DNA from: Vulcanimicrobiota bacterium
GTDB taxonomy: Bacteria > Vulcanimicrobiota > Xenobia > Xenobiales > JADMJV01
Assembly: GCA_050250895.1 (NCBI GenBank)
Contig: JBFWNU010000001.1
Span: 1,608,008-1,672,007, forward strand
Direction: 5' to 3'
Length of the DNA: 64,000 nucleotides
Shown here: one piece after another, positions 8,932 through 19,100 of the stretch
Numbering within the stretch: the first letter of the stretch is position 1
How the letters are laid out: each line of letters begins with the position of its first letter
Program-made: the position numbers and the translations under genes
The notes under the pieces: generated by a model
What the model was told of the DNA's origin: nothing
Seen by the model: the letters and a program-made list of their open reading frames with translations, nothing else
The model's database searches: none

Positions 8932-9866
8932 GGGTGGCCGTGGTGCGCCTGGACGCCCTGGGCGATACGCTGCTGTCGACTCCCGCTCTGGCCGCTCTCA
9001 AGGCGGCCCGCCCCGAGGTCGAGTTTCGCCTCTTTGCGTCCGCGGTGGGCGCGCCCATTCTCGAGCCTCTGGGCGAAGTGGTGGTAGTACCCCCTGACTG
9101 GTCGGCGGGTCGCCTGGCGGCAGCCATTCGGGCAGGGCAACCCCAGGCAGTGGCGGTTCTTACCGAAAAGCGGCGAGGACTGGCTGCGGCCTTTCGCTCC
9201 AAGGCTCCCATGCGGCTCGGCTTTGACCCGGGTCGAAGCCAGCCATTGAAGGCCGTCTGGTTGCGCCTGGCCCTGACCCATCGAATGGCTTATCCCAACA
9301 ACCTCGAACTCGATCCTGGGCTGCACGAAGTCGAGCGCTATCATCGCCTGTTGGCCCCCCTGGGTCCTCTGCCTGGGCCCGGCCCGCTCAATCTGGGCCG
9401 AACCTTCCCCCGGCAACCGGCCGGACCGGTCGGGCTGCAGTTGACGCCGAAGTGGTGCCTCGACGACTGGAGCCCTCAGTTGGTGCTGACTTTGCTCGAC
9501 CGGCTGCCCGAGCCGGCCCTGGTGCTTTATGGGCCGGGCGAACGCGAGTGGGCCGAGCAATTGCTAGGTGAGCATCCGGTCCAGCGGGCCTATCATCCCG
9601 ACCTGATGGACTATGCCGCGGCTGTGGCCGGCTGCTCGATGTTGCTAACGCCTGACACGGGAGCAGCTCACGTGGCGGCGGCCGTGGGCACGCCGGTGGT
9701 GGATGTCTTTCGCGAGGCTCACCATCAACACTGCGTGCGCCGCTGGCGCCCCTGGCAGGTGAACCACCGAGTCGTCCTCAAGCCAGCTTTCTCGCCCCCG
9801 GCGCTGGTCAAGTTGGTGGACGAGGTGTCCACCGCGCTGGCAGAACTCAGTGCTGAATGTCGATAG
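8928..9866 (+). CDS. Glycosyltransferase family 9 (ADP-heptose:LPS heptosyltransferase-like)
   Basis: RLDALGDTLLSTP and TPDTGAAHVAAAVGTP motifs; GTGA overlap. Confidence 0.9.
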   Translation: MRVAVVRLDALGDTLLSTPALAALKAARPEVEFRLFASAVGAPILEPLGEVVVVPPDWSAGRLAAAIRAGQPQAVAVLTEKRRGLAAAFRSKAPMRLGFDPGRSQPLKAVWLRLALTHRMAYPNNLELDPGLHEVERYHRLLAPLGPLPGPGPLNLGRTFPRQPAGPVGLQLTPKWCLDDWSPQLVLTLLDRLPEPALVLYGPGEREWAEQLLGEHPVQRAYHPDLMDYAAAVAGCSMLLTPDTGAAHVAAAVGTPVVDVFREAHHQHCVRRWRPWQVNHRVVLKPAFSPPALVKLVDEVSTALAELSAECR

Positions 9867-11634
9867 CGATGTCGCCGATGATGAGGGTGTCCTCGTCTTG
9901 GAGCAGCTGAGGAATGTGGGTCGTCTGATCGGTCCACTTGACCCTGGCGCCGGTGTCGACGTAGTGCAGCGAACCATCGGTGCAGGTGGCTAGCAGACCG
10001 TCGTTGTGCGGACTGACGCTTGAAATGGCGGCCCCCAGGTCGAAGCGATAGGTGCGCCCGTTTTCGCGGGCTTGGGCCCAGACCAGGTCTCCGCTGGAAA
10101 AGCCCGCGGCCACATAGGGCTCGCCCTCGAGGTTGACCGTCTCGAGACTGGTCAGAAAGGCCCCCTCGGGCACGTGAATGGCCCGATTGGCCGTCTGGCC
10201 GGCCGGGGCCGCTATCACGATTTCGCGGGGGTTGGGGAGAACCTCCCACCCTTCCAGGCCCTGGAAGCGAAGCGATTTTTCACTGATAAGGCCGGGGCGG
10301 GCGGCCAAAGCCTGGCGCACGGCCGCGCCCGACGTAATCAGCTCTTCCACCACCTTGGGCAAATCCGAGCCGGCCAGGGCCAGATTGATGCCCCCGCCGA
10401 CCGCCACGGGCTTGCTGCCGACGGCCGTCACCAGGGGATTGGGCTGCTCCTTCCAGTTGATGATCTCGTGGAAAACCTCGTCGATCTGGGGGCCGCGCTC
10501 CCGACTCATCGAGGCCAGTCCAGGAAGCTGGCGAGAGTGCACCTCGGGCACTCCCAGGTTGTCGACCATCTCGACCAGAGAACCGAACTCGCGCTGATGT
10601 TCGACATCGAAGACCTTGTCCATGGTGAAGGCGAGCAGGCCTTTGTCGGTCCTGGCCACGGTCATGAACGGCCCACCCTCGGTCTGGAAGAGTTGGCGCG
10701 GCGGCTGGTCCGGGGCTAGTTCATAGACCCGGTGCGTCTGGTCATCGCGGGTGACGACCAGCATCGAGTCCGAGCCGTCGACATGCACCTGCTGAAGGTC
10801 GCGGCCTTCGAGGGTGAACAGTTCGCCGGCGGGCTGGCCCGGTGCGAGCCAGCGCAGGGTGAGGGTATCTCTCTGGTGAGACTCTTGCACCAGAAACTGA
10901 CCCTTTTCGTTGCTGAAAATCTGGTGGCTGCGGCCCTCATAGGGGTAGGACTCGACCTCGCCCGTGCGCGTGTTGACGCCGACCAGGGCCGTCTGGGTGC
11001 CGTGGTATTTGTTGGGCAAAGCCTCGAGACACCAGATCTTGTCACCCTCTTCGGCATACTGGTGTGAAGAGATGCGGTCGCTTTCGAAGAGGACCTTCTC
11101 GGCCTTGACCACGGCCAGATAGTCGGTGCGCTCGGCGATCACCGTCCCGGTGGCCGAAGCTTTCATTTCCAAGGGCAGAAAGGTCAGGGTGGCCGAGCTG
11201 GTCTGGTCGGGGTGCTGGGGGTCGAAGGTGGTGACCACCCCGTTGTTGTCCTCATTGCGGGTGTTGATGGCGAATCGCCCATCGGAGAGAGCGACCAGGG
11301 CCGACAGAAATTCGAGGCCTTTGGGGGCGATGCGGGCCACGCGTTCACCCGAGCTAGCCTTGATGACTTCGATGGCTTCGCCCGTCTTGAGGCAGACCTG
11401 GTCGGCCTCCTTCTGATACGACATCTCCCAGAATGTGCCGCCGACCGGCGTCTTGTAAAGTATCTCGCCTTTGGGATCAAAGCCCACCACGGCATCTTCG
11501 TAATAGTCGCGGGCCACGTAGTTGCCCGACTCGATGCGTTGCGGAGAAGCCAGACCGACGAGAGTCTGAGTGGAATTACCTGATTTGACGTGGTAGGCCC
11601 GTTGGGGCCAACCCGGGGTGGCGTGGGTTTTCAT
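9847..11634 (-). CDS. Hypothetical beta-propeller-like protein with acidic/hydrophobic C-terminal tail
   Basis: Long ORF with repeated short beta-strand/turn pattern, WD40/PQQ-like last blades; no signal peptide; start uncertain (11634 or 11646). Confidence 0.7.
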   Translation of the reverse strand: MKTHATPGWPQRAYHVKSGNSTQTLVGLASPQRIESGNYVARDYYEDAVVGFDPKGEILYKTPVGGTFWEMSYQKEADQVCLKTGEAIEVIKASSGERVARIAPKGLEFLSALVALSDGRFAINTRNEDNNGVVTTFDPQHPDQTSSATLTFLPLEMKASATGTVIAERTDYLAVVKAEKVLFESDRISSHQYAEEGDKIWCLEALPNKYHGTQTALVGVNTRTGEVESYPYEGRSHQIFSNEKGQFLVQESHQRDTLTLRWLAPGQPAGELFTLEGRDLQQVHVDGSDSMLVVTRDDQTHRVYELAPDQPPRQLFQTEGGPFMTVARTDKGLLAFTMDKVFDVEHQREFGSLVEMVDNLGVPEVHSRQLPGLASMSRERGPQIDEVFHEIINWKEQPNPLVTAVGSKPVAVGGGINLALAGSDLPKVVEELITSGAAVRQALAARPGLISEKSLRFQGLEGWEVLPNPREIVIAAPAGQTANRAIHVPEGAFLTSLETVNLEGEPYVAAGFSSGDLVWAQARENGRTYRFDLGAAISSVSPHNDGLLATCTDGSLHYVDTGARVKWTDQTTHIPQLLQDEDTLIIGDIAIDIQH

Positions 11635-11716
11635 CCTGACCACCATCCCAGAGCGAGCCCAAAAAGTGCTGAAAGAGAGAGGATCTCACCCAACCTACCT
11701 TCAAATGGCTGGCCCG

Positions 11717-12589
11717 ATGAAGTTCAGCATCGTGATACCGACCTTCAATCGCCGCGAGACGCTGGCGGAGGTCTTGCCGTCTCTGGCTCACCAGCAGTAT
11801 CCCACGGAAGACTACGAGATTCTGGTGTGTGACGCCGGCTCGACCGACGGGACCCTCGAGCTGCTCGAGGAGCTGGCCATACCCAATCTGCGCGTCTTGC
11901 CGGGTGGGGACAGCGGTCGCGGGGGCGCTCGCAATCGTGGTATTCGCGACGCCCGCGGCCAGATCGTGCTCTTTACCGATGCCGACATCATCGCCGACCC
12001 CAATCTGCTGGCCGAGCACGAGCGCTCCCACCGCCAGTTTCCGGGGGACCCGGTGGTGGGCTGCGAAATTCAGGTGGATAGCCTCGAGGAGTATTACGCC
12101 TATCGCCAGGATCCGTCCGCCCACGCCCGCCATCGCCCCGATCGGCGCACCTTGCCCTGGCACTATTTCCTGACCGGCAATGCCTCGGTAAACCGCGAGA
12201 CCCTGGTGGAAGTGGGCATGTTCGACGAGAACTTCACCGGCTATGGCCACGAGGACCTCGAGTTGGGCTACCGGTTGTTGGCCCGGGGCCTGACCATTCG
12301 CTATAACCCCCAGGCCATCAACTATCACTGGCATCCGGTGCCTTTCGACGAGCAGTGTCGCAAGATGCGCCTGGCCGGCGTTTCGACGGTGCGCTTCTAC
12401 AACAAGCACAAAGATTTGCGTATTCCCCTCATCATGGGCTGGAATCCCCTGTCCTTGTTGGTGCACGCCCTCATTGCCCGGGTGCCCACCCTCTATCGCT
12501 GGCTTGAGGCCCGCACCCCCGACTCGCATCTGGCCCGCGAGATCGTGCTGCAGTATCACTACCTTAGCGGTATCAAAGAAGCGCGGTGA
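11717..12589 (+). CDS. Glycosyltransferase family 2
   Basis: FSIVIPTFNR, DAGSTDGT, ARNRG, FTDAD, GYGHEDLELGYRL. Confidence 0.93.
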   Translation: MKFSIVIPTFNRRETLAEVLPSLAHQQYPTEDYEILVCDAGSTDGTLELLEELAIPNLRVLPGGDSGRGGARNRGIRDARGQIVLFTDADIIADPNLLAEHERSHRQFPGDPVVGCEIQVDSLEEYYAYRQDPSAHARHRPDRRTLPWHYFLTGNASVNRETLVEVGMFDENFTGYGHEDLELGYRLLARGLTIRYNPQAINYHWHPVPFDEQCRKMRLAGVSTVRFYNKHKDLRIPLIMGWNPLSLLVHALIARVPTLYRWLEARTPDSHLAREIVLQYHYLSGIKEAR

Positions 12590-13521
12590 ATCCCCTCCCG
12601 CTGGCCCAGTTCGAGCGGGTGCTGGTGGTGCGCACCGACCATATCGGTGATCTGGTCTTGAGCACGCCTTTCTTGCGGGCGTTGCGTAACGGTCTGCCGC
12701 AGGCCCACATCACGGCCCGGGTGGCTCCTTATACGCAAGAGGTGCTGGCCTCGAGCGGGTTGGTCGATCGGATCGTCACCGAAACTCCCGCGGAAGAGTT
12801 TCAGCTGGCCGTTTGCCTGGCTCCCCGCAGCCACAGCTACAAGCTGACCTACGCCTCGAAGGCCCCGGTCAGGGTCGGTTATTACTATGCCGGCCGACCG
12901 CTGGTGGCGGTGGCCACGCGTCTTTGGCTGACCCATCGCGCTCGGGTGGTGGTCGATCCCGAAGGGGTGGTGGCCCACGAGATCGACCAGTTGGCCAGCC
13001 TGGCCAGCTTGATGGGTCTCGACTACGACCAGCGCGAGCTCGAGCTTGGCATCGAGCGCCCCCGGCCCGGTGCGAGCCTGGTGCTGCATCTGGGCACTCG
13101 CTGGTTCACGGGCGAATGGAAAGTCGAACACCTGGCCCAGTTGACCGACCGACTGGGCTCGGTCACGGTCACTCACGGTCCGGCCGAAGCTCGCCAGGCC
13201 GCCGAGTTGAAGGCCCTGAGGCCTGGGCTCGAAGTGATTGGCGGGTTGAGCTTTAAAGAGTGGGCCACCACGCTGGGAGCCGCCCAGGCGGTGGTCTCGT
13301 GCGACACCGGAGCCGTCCATGTGGCGGCGGCCATGGGTAGACCCGTGGTGGTGGCCTACGAGCCTGACGTGATGAAGCTGTGTTCGCAGCAGTGGGCTCC
13401 CTGGCGGGTCGAGCATCGGGCCTGCGCCAAGCTCGAGCCGGCCCTGGCCATTCCCAGGCTGGTGCAAGCGGTAGAGGAACTGGTGGGCAAGAAAAGAATG
13501 CAAGCAGACTCAGCACCTTGA
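12586..13521 (+). CDS. Glycosyltransferase family 9
   Basis: RTDHIGDLVLSTP and SCDTGAVHVAAAMGRP motifs. Confidence 0.9.
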   Translation: MNPLPLAQFERVLVVRTDHIGDLVLSTPFLRALRNGLPQAHITARVAPYTQEVLASSGLVDRIVTETPAEEFQLAVCLAPRSHSYKLTYASKAPVRVGYYYAGRPLVAVATRLWLTHRARVVVDPEGVVAHEIDQLASLASLMGLDYDQRELELGIERPRPGASLVLHLGTRWFTGEWKVEHLAQLTDRLGSVTVTHGPAEARQAAELKALRPGLEVIGGLSFKEWATTLGAAQAVVSCDTGAVHVAAAMGRPVVVAYEPDVMKLCSQQWAPWRVEHRACAKLEPALAIPRLVQAVEELVGKKRMQADSAP

Positions 13522-13539
13522 GAGGAAATTAGGACATTC

Positions 13540-15336
13540 ATGCGGGCCGAACCCATGGGCAAAATGCGGCGCACCCATCGCTGCGACGAATTGCGCGAAA
13601 GCGACATCGGGCAGAAGGTGATCTTGATGGGGTGGGTCCACCGTCGTCGTGACCTCGGGGGGCTGATTTTTATCGACCTTCGCGACCGCTATGGCATTAC
13701 CCAGTGTGTCATCAATCCCGATGTGGGCAAGGCCTTCGAGAAAGCTGAGAGGATTCGTTCTGAGTTCGTGCTGGCTGTGGAGGGCACGGTCGAACGGCGT
13801 CCCGCCAAAACCGAGAACCCCAATCTGGCGACCGGCATGGTCGACGTCAAGGTCGAGGGGCTGCACATCCTCAATCCCTCGAAAGTGTTGCCGATTCAGG
13901 TCTCGGAAGAACAACAGGTGGTCGACCAGTCGACGCGCCTGACCTATCGCTATCTCGACCTGCGCCGGCCGGCCATGGCCAACAACATCATCCTGCGTCA
14001 CAAGCTGGCCAAGGCGGTGCGCGATTATCTTGACTCGGTCGATTTTCTCGAGATCGAGACCCCGATGCTGGTGCGCTCGACACCCGAAGGAGCGCGCGAC
14101 TACCTGGTGCCCAGTCGGGTCCATGCAGGTTGCTTTTACGCCCTGCCTCAATCTCCCCAGATTTTCAAGCAGTTGTTGATGGTGTCAGGCTTTGACCGCT
14201 ACTTTCAGATCGCTCGCTGTTTTCGCGATGAAGACTTGAGGGCCGATCGCCAGCCCGAGTTCACCCAGATCGACATGGAACTTTCCTTCGTGGGCCAAGA
14301 AGAGGTCTTCGCGGTGGTCGAGGGCATGCTGGCTCATACCTTCAAGACAGTGATGGGCGTCGAACTCGAGCTGCCCTTCCCCCGCATGCCTTATGCCGAC
14401 GCTATCGGCCGCTACGGCTCCGACAAACCCGACATGCGCTACGACCTCTCGTTTCATGACATGGCCGACCTGGCCGAGGGGACCGACTTCGGGGTCTTTC
14501 AGGCGGCCCTGCGCGAGGGGCACGCCGTCAAGGCGTTCTTCGTGCCCGGTCAGGGCGCAGCCTCGCGCAAGCTCCAGGACGAGTGGCAAGAGCTGGCTCG
14601 CGAGGCGGGTCTTCCCGGTCTGTTTTACGCTTCGCGCAAGCCCGAAGGCGGTTTCAAGTCCTCCTTGCTCAAGTTTCTGGGCGACGAGAAGATGGGCCGG
14701 CTTTTCGACCGGGTGGGCGCCGGTCCCGACGACCTGGTCGTCATGGCCGCCGGCCCTCACAAAGCTCTATGTCTCGGTTTGGGCAAGGTTCGAGTCGAGC
14801 TGGCCAAGCGTCTCAAGCTGGCCTCGGACGACTTCCGCTTTCACTGGGTGGTCGACTTTCCGCTGTTTCATTACAACGAAGAAGAAGACTGCCTCGAACC
14901 GGAGCATCACCCGTTCACTTCGGCCAATCCCGACGATGTCCATATGCTCGATAGCGACCCTCGCAAGGTGCGGGCGGCCGCCTATGACCTGGTCCTCAAC
15001 GGCAACGAGATGGCCTCGGGCAGCGTGCGTATCCATCAGCGCGAGATGCAAGAGAAGGTGCTCTCCTGCATCGGTCTTTCCATCGACGACGCTCGCCAGA
15101 AGTTCGGGTTTCTGTTGGATGCCTTCGAGTATGGGGCGCCTCCACACGCAGGCATCGCCCTGGGCTTTGACCGGCTGACGGCCATCTGCTGCGGCCAGGA
15201 CTCGATTCGCGAAGTGCTGGTCTTTCCCAAGAACGCCGGAGCCTTCGATCCGCTCACCAGGGCCCCGGTCGAAGTCAGCCAGGAGCAGCTCGATATTCTT
15301 CACCTCGACGTGCGCAAAGAACCCCCCACTAGCTAA
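13540..15336 (+). CDS. aspS: Aspartate--tRNA ligase
   Basis: GWVHRRRDLGGLIFIDLRDR, PEGARDYLVPSR, FRDEDLRADRQPEFTQID, GAPPHAGIALGFDRL. Confidence 0.98.
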   Translation: MRAEPMGKMRRTHRCDELRESDIGQKVILMGWVHRRRDLGGLIFIDLRDRYGITQCVINPDVGKAFEKAERIRSEFVLAVEGTVERRPAKTENPNLATGMVDVKVEGLHILNPSKVLPIQVSEEQQVVDQSTRLTYRYLDLRRPAMANNIILRHKLAKAVRDYLDSVDFLEIETPMLVRSTPEGARDYLVPSRVHAGCFYALPQSPQIFKQLLMVSGFDRYFQIARCFRDEDLRADRQPEFTQIDMELSFVGQEEVFAVVEGMLAHTFKTVMGVELELPFPRMPYADAIGRYGSDKPDMRYDLSFHDMADLAEGTDFGVFQAALREGHAVKAFFVPGQGAASRKLQDEWQELAREAGLPGLFYASRKPEGGFKSSLLKFLGDEKMGRLFDRVGAGPDDLVVMAAGPHKALCLGLGKVRVELAKRLKLASDDFRFHWVVDFPLFHYNEEEDCLEPEHHPFTSANPDDVHMLDSDPRKVRAAAYDLVLNGNEMASGSVRIHQREMQEKVLSCIGLSIDDARQKFGFLLDAFEYGAPPHAGIALGFDRLTAICCGQDSIREVLVFPKNAGAFDPLTRAPVEVSQEQLDILHLDVRKEPPTS

Positions 15337-16172
15337 TGGAGCAGCTTCTCGAACTGGTCGGACCCCGGCCATTTCACATTCCCGCCGAGAGGGCCCGGAC
15401 GGCTGCCGCCCGGATGGGGCTGACGGTCGAGCAGCTAATGATGCGGCTGGTGCCCATCGCGATGCGTCACTCCATCTGCCCTATCTCTGGATTTCAGGTG
15501 GGGGCGGTCGGCCTGGGAGTGAGCGGTGATCTCTACATGGGCACCAACCTCGAGTTCCCTGGGATGGCTCTCAATCAGACGGTTCATGGTGAGCAGTTTC
15601 TGATCGCCCAGGCCCTGGGGGGCGGCGAGAAAGGCTTCCGCTGTCTGGCCGTGTCGGCCCCTCCCTGTGGCCATTGTCGGCAGTTTCTCAATGAGCTCGA
15701 CGGGGCTTCGCGGCTCGAGATTGTGTTGACCAACGGCCGCCAGTATTCTCTCCACTCGCTCTTGCCGCATTTCTTCGGACCCGAAGACCTGGGCGTACAC
15801 GGGGCCCTGCTCAACTCGCCTCCGGCCTTCATCGAACTGAAGGAAGATTCCGACGATCCTTTGGTGCTCGAGGCTGCCGAGGCCGCCCGGGCCAGCTATG
15901 CTCCCTATTCGAACTGCCCGGCCGGAGTGGCGCTGGCAGCCGACGGTAAGCTCTATCGGGGCAGCTATGCCGAGAACGTGGCCTTCAATCCCAGCCTCTC
16001 GCCCTTACAATCGGCCCTGACCAACCTGGTGGCCGATGGGGTCGCCTTCGAGGCCATCGAACGAGTCGTGCTGGTTCAAAAGGACTTGAGCGGGGCTTGC
16101 CAGGAGCAGACCACCAGGGCCCTGCTCCAGGGCTTGAAGCCCGGGGCCGAACTCAGGGTGATCAGAATCTGA
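15336..16172 (+). CDS. cdd: Cytidine deaminase, two-domain homodimeric type
   Basis: HGEQ and PCGHCRQFLNEL zinc motifs; second domain SYAPYS..GSYAENVAFNPSLSPLQ. Confidence 0.92.
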   Translation: MEQLLELVGPRPFHIPAERARTAAARMGLTVEQLMMRLVPIAMRHSICPISGFQVGAVGLGVSGDLYMGTNLEFPGMALNQTVHGEQFLIAQALGGGEKGFRCLAVSAPPCGHCRQFLNELDGASRLEIVLTNGRQYSLHSLLPHFFGPEDLGVHGALLNSPPAFIELKEDSDDPLVLEAAEAARASYAPYSNCPAGVALAADGKLYRGSYAENVAFNPSLSPLQSALTNLVADGVAFEAIERVVLVQKDLSGACQEQTTRALLQGLKPGAELRVIRI

Positions 16173-19100
16173 GGTCGAGCTTCTGCTCGCCTTTCAGGTT
16201 CTCAAACAGCACCCGGTACCGGACCCGCCCGTCTTCACAGGGCTCTTGTTTGATGCTGAAGGGTGGAGTGCCGGGGGCTGCCTGGGGAATGGCTCCCGCC
16301 GGCAGGGGTGGAGTCACCAGATGGACGTTGGGAATCGTGTCGAATTGCCCGCTGATGCTGGCCTGATAGTGGTCACCCTGGTACTGGTGGCGGACGGCCC
16401 AGCGATCGCCGCTACCCGGGTCAGCAAACTCGAGATCTACGGGTTGGCCGCGTAAGCACTCGGGGATATTGGGGATGATGTCCATGCGAGTGGGCGTGGC
16501 CGGATCGCGATGCAGGCGAACGCCCCCTACCACTTCGACCATCGCCCACGGGACCGAAGCATTGGTCCAGCCAAAGCCGGGTCCTTCGCCCTGGGTCTCC
16601 TCATAGCGGCCTTTCTGGATCGGCGGATGATCGCCTTTGACCACGTCATAGCGTTCCAGGATCAGGCCGTCACGTTCGTGGACCCGAGCGATGGTGTCCA
16701 GCCACTTGGCGGTATGGCGGGCCGCCTCTTCGTGGCGACCGTAGCGAACTTCGCTTTCGATGGCCATCATGTGCAGGGGAGCCCAGCCGCTGGGGCCATT
16801 CCACTGCATCTCGGGATGACCGTAGTCTTCGGCCGTGGCCGCCAGTCCGTGTTCTTTTTCAAAGCGGGCTATCTTGTCGAGGCTGCGCTCGATCATCCTT
16901 TTCTCTTCGGGCACAGTGGGGTCGAGCATCCCGACCCAGAGCGGGGCCACCACGGCCGAGAGGGCGTCTTCTTCTTTGGCCAGCCCTTTGGGCTCGCCCT
17001 CGAAGCGATAATCGCGGAACATGCCGTCTTCTTCGTCCCAGCAGTAGCGAATCACATCGGCCTTGATGCGAGACGACTCGGTTTGCCAGTAAGACGCCTC
17101 GCTGCTATAACGCAACACCTCGACGTGATTGCCAGATTTTTGGGCCTGGTCGCGAAGGCGCAGGGCAATCACTTCCATGTCCCTGGCGTAGCCCCACAAA
17201 AAGGCGTTCAGGTCGGGTGGCACGAGGTCCTTGGTCTTGTCGTTGAAGCGAGAGGTCGTGTCAAAACCAGACTCGTCCATGGCGAACTTGTGGTTGGGGC
17301 CGCCCCAACGCGACAGGGCCGTAGGTTGGCCATTGATCTCGCCCACCGCGCGCCCGCCCTCCTCGCGCCAGAAGTCGCGAAAATCGCCAGCCATCACCTC
17401 GTAGGCTTCTTTCACCCAGCGCTGGGTCTGGGCGGCTCCGAACTGGCGGGTGCGAATGGGCTCGGACATGCGCACCAGCGACGGCAGGAAGGGTGGCTGG
17501 GACTTGTTGAGATAGACCGAGCGAGCGGCATTGGGCACGCGGCCTGTGCTCTTGAGCAGGTAGAGAAGGTTGTCGGTCATCGAGGCAACGAGCGACTCTT
17601 GACCTTGAAGCTGCATGCCTTTGGCCATGAACATCGTGTCCCAGTTGAACTGGGTCTTGAAGATGCCGACGCTGGGAACGGCGGCCGGATTGAAGTACTG
17701 AACAGCCGTGTCGTGGGCAGTGACCGAAGGCTCGATGGTCAAGGCGGGCCAGTTGTCTGAGATGGTGCCGTAAAGCTTGGTCCAGCCCGGCCTTCCGGCG
17801 TAGCCTCCCACGGTCGAAGCCGGACCGAGCGGACTGCTGACCCACTCGCGGTTGACGTGATAAAACTGTTCGAGCTGCGGATTCTCGCCGGCCGTGTAAA
17901 AGCTGGCGATGATGTCCCGAGGCAATTTGACCTGGCCATCTTCGAACAGGTCCAGGGCATAGGCCCGGTCGCCGACAATCACCTGATCCTTGCTGGTGGT
18001 GACAAAAAGACGGGCGCCGCCGCTTTCGACCACGAAGGCTCCGGGAGCCACCTCGGCCATTTGTGCCCCTTTGAGGCCGAGGTCGATGGTCGCCTGCCCG
18101 AGCTTGAGAGGCCCTTCCAGGGGACGCGCCTCGAGGGGCGACGGTGCCTCGAGGCCGGCTTTCTGGTCGGCGAAGCCAAGCCCGAAAACCCGCCCGAGCA
18201 GACCCCGTTGCTTGAGGTCTCGCACCAGGGCGGGCTTGAACATGCTCTGGTGCATCTGGCTGAGACGGCGGTCGATGCGGCCCACCTGGCTGATGGCCAC
18301 CTGGGGTGTGCCCTCGCCCCCTGACAGGGCAAACAGTTGCCGAAGACGATGCATGCCCTGAGGGCTACACCAGTCTTCGAGCCCCTCGTCGGCCCGATCC
18401 CATCGGTCGTTCGCCAGCAACGCCTGAGTGGCGAGGCCTCGGCTGCTGGTGTCGGGGCGGGCCTGGCTAGCCCAGCCAACGACCTGATCAGCGGCCGAGT
18501 TGGCTCCCAGCCGTTCGAGTTCGCGCCCCAGTAGCAGCAGGTCGGCGGGGTCGGCCGGGGTGTTGCCTTTGAGTTCCCAGCGACCGGCGAATTCGGGCAG
18601 TTGCTCGAGCATTCGTTTCTGCATGCCGGCTTCGACTGGGATGTTGGGGTCGAGCAACCCGGCTTCAAGAACCGTGAAGGCAGCCATGGTCTTGACCTCG
18701 GAGCGTTGGCCTGACGGCAGGTTGAGGTCGAAGAAGAAGCCCTTGTGATCGTCCCACATCGTGGAGAAGATTTTCTCTTTGCGCTGGGCGGCTCGGGCCT
18801 CCCACTGGTCGGCTTCTTCACCTTTGCCCAAGCGTCGCGCCATCTCGGCCAGGTCTTTCTCGGTGCGAAAGAGATCGGCGTTGAGGTCGATGGGACAGAA
18901 CTTTTGCGGATCGCCCGCAAAGCGCACCTCGTTTTTGGCTCCGCCCGCTTCTTCGAGGGTGGCGTCGTGGGAGTAGTCGACATCGCAATAGCGGTTGAGC
19001 CCGTTGGACAGCTGCTTGAAGTAGGTGTCGCTCCAGTTATGCTTGTGGTCGTCAGCGATCACCCGGTAGGCTCGGGCTAGAAATTCGGGGTCTTCATGAC

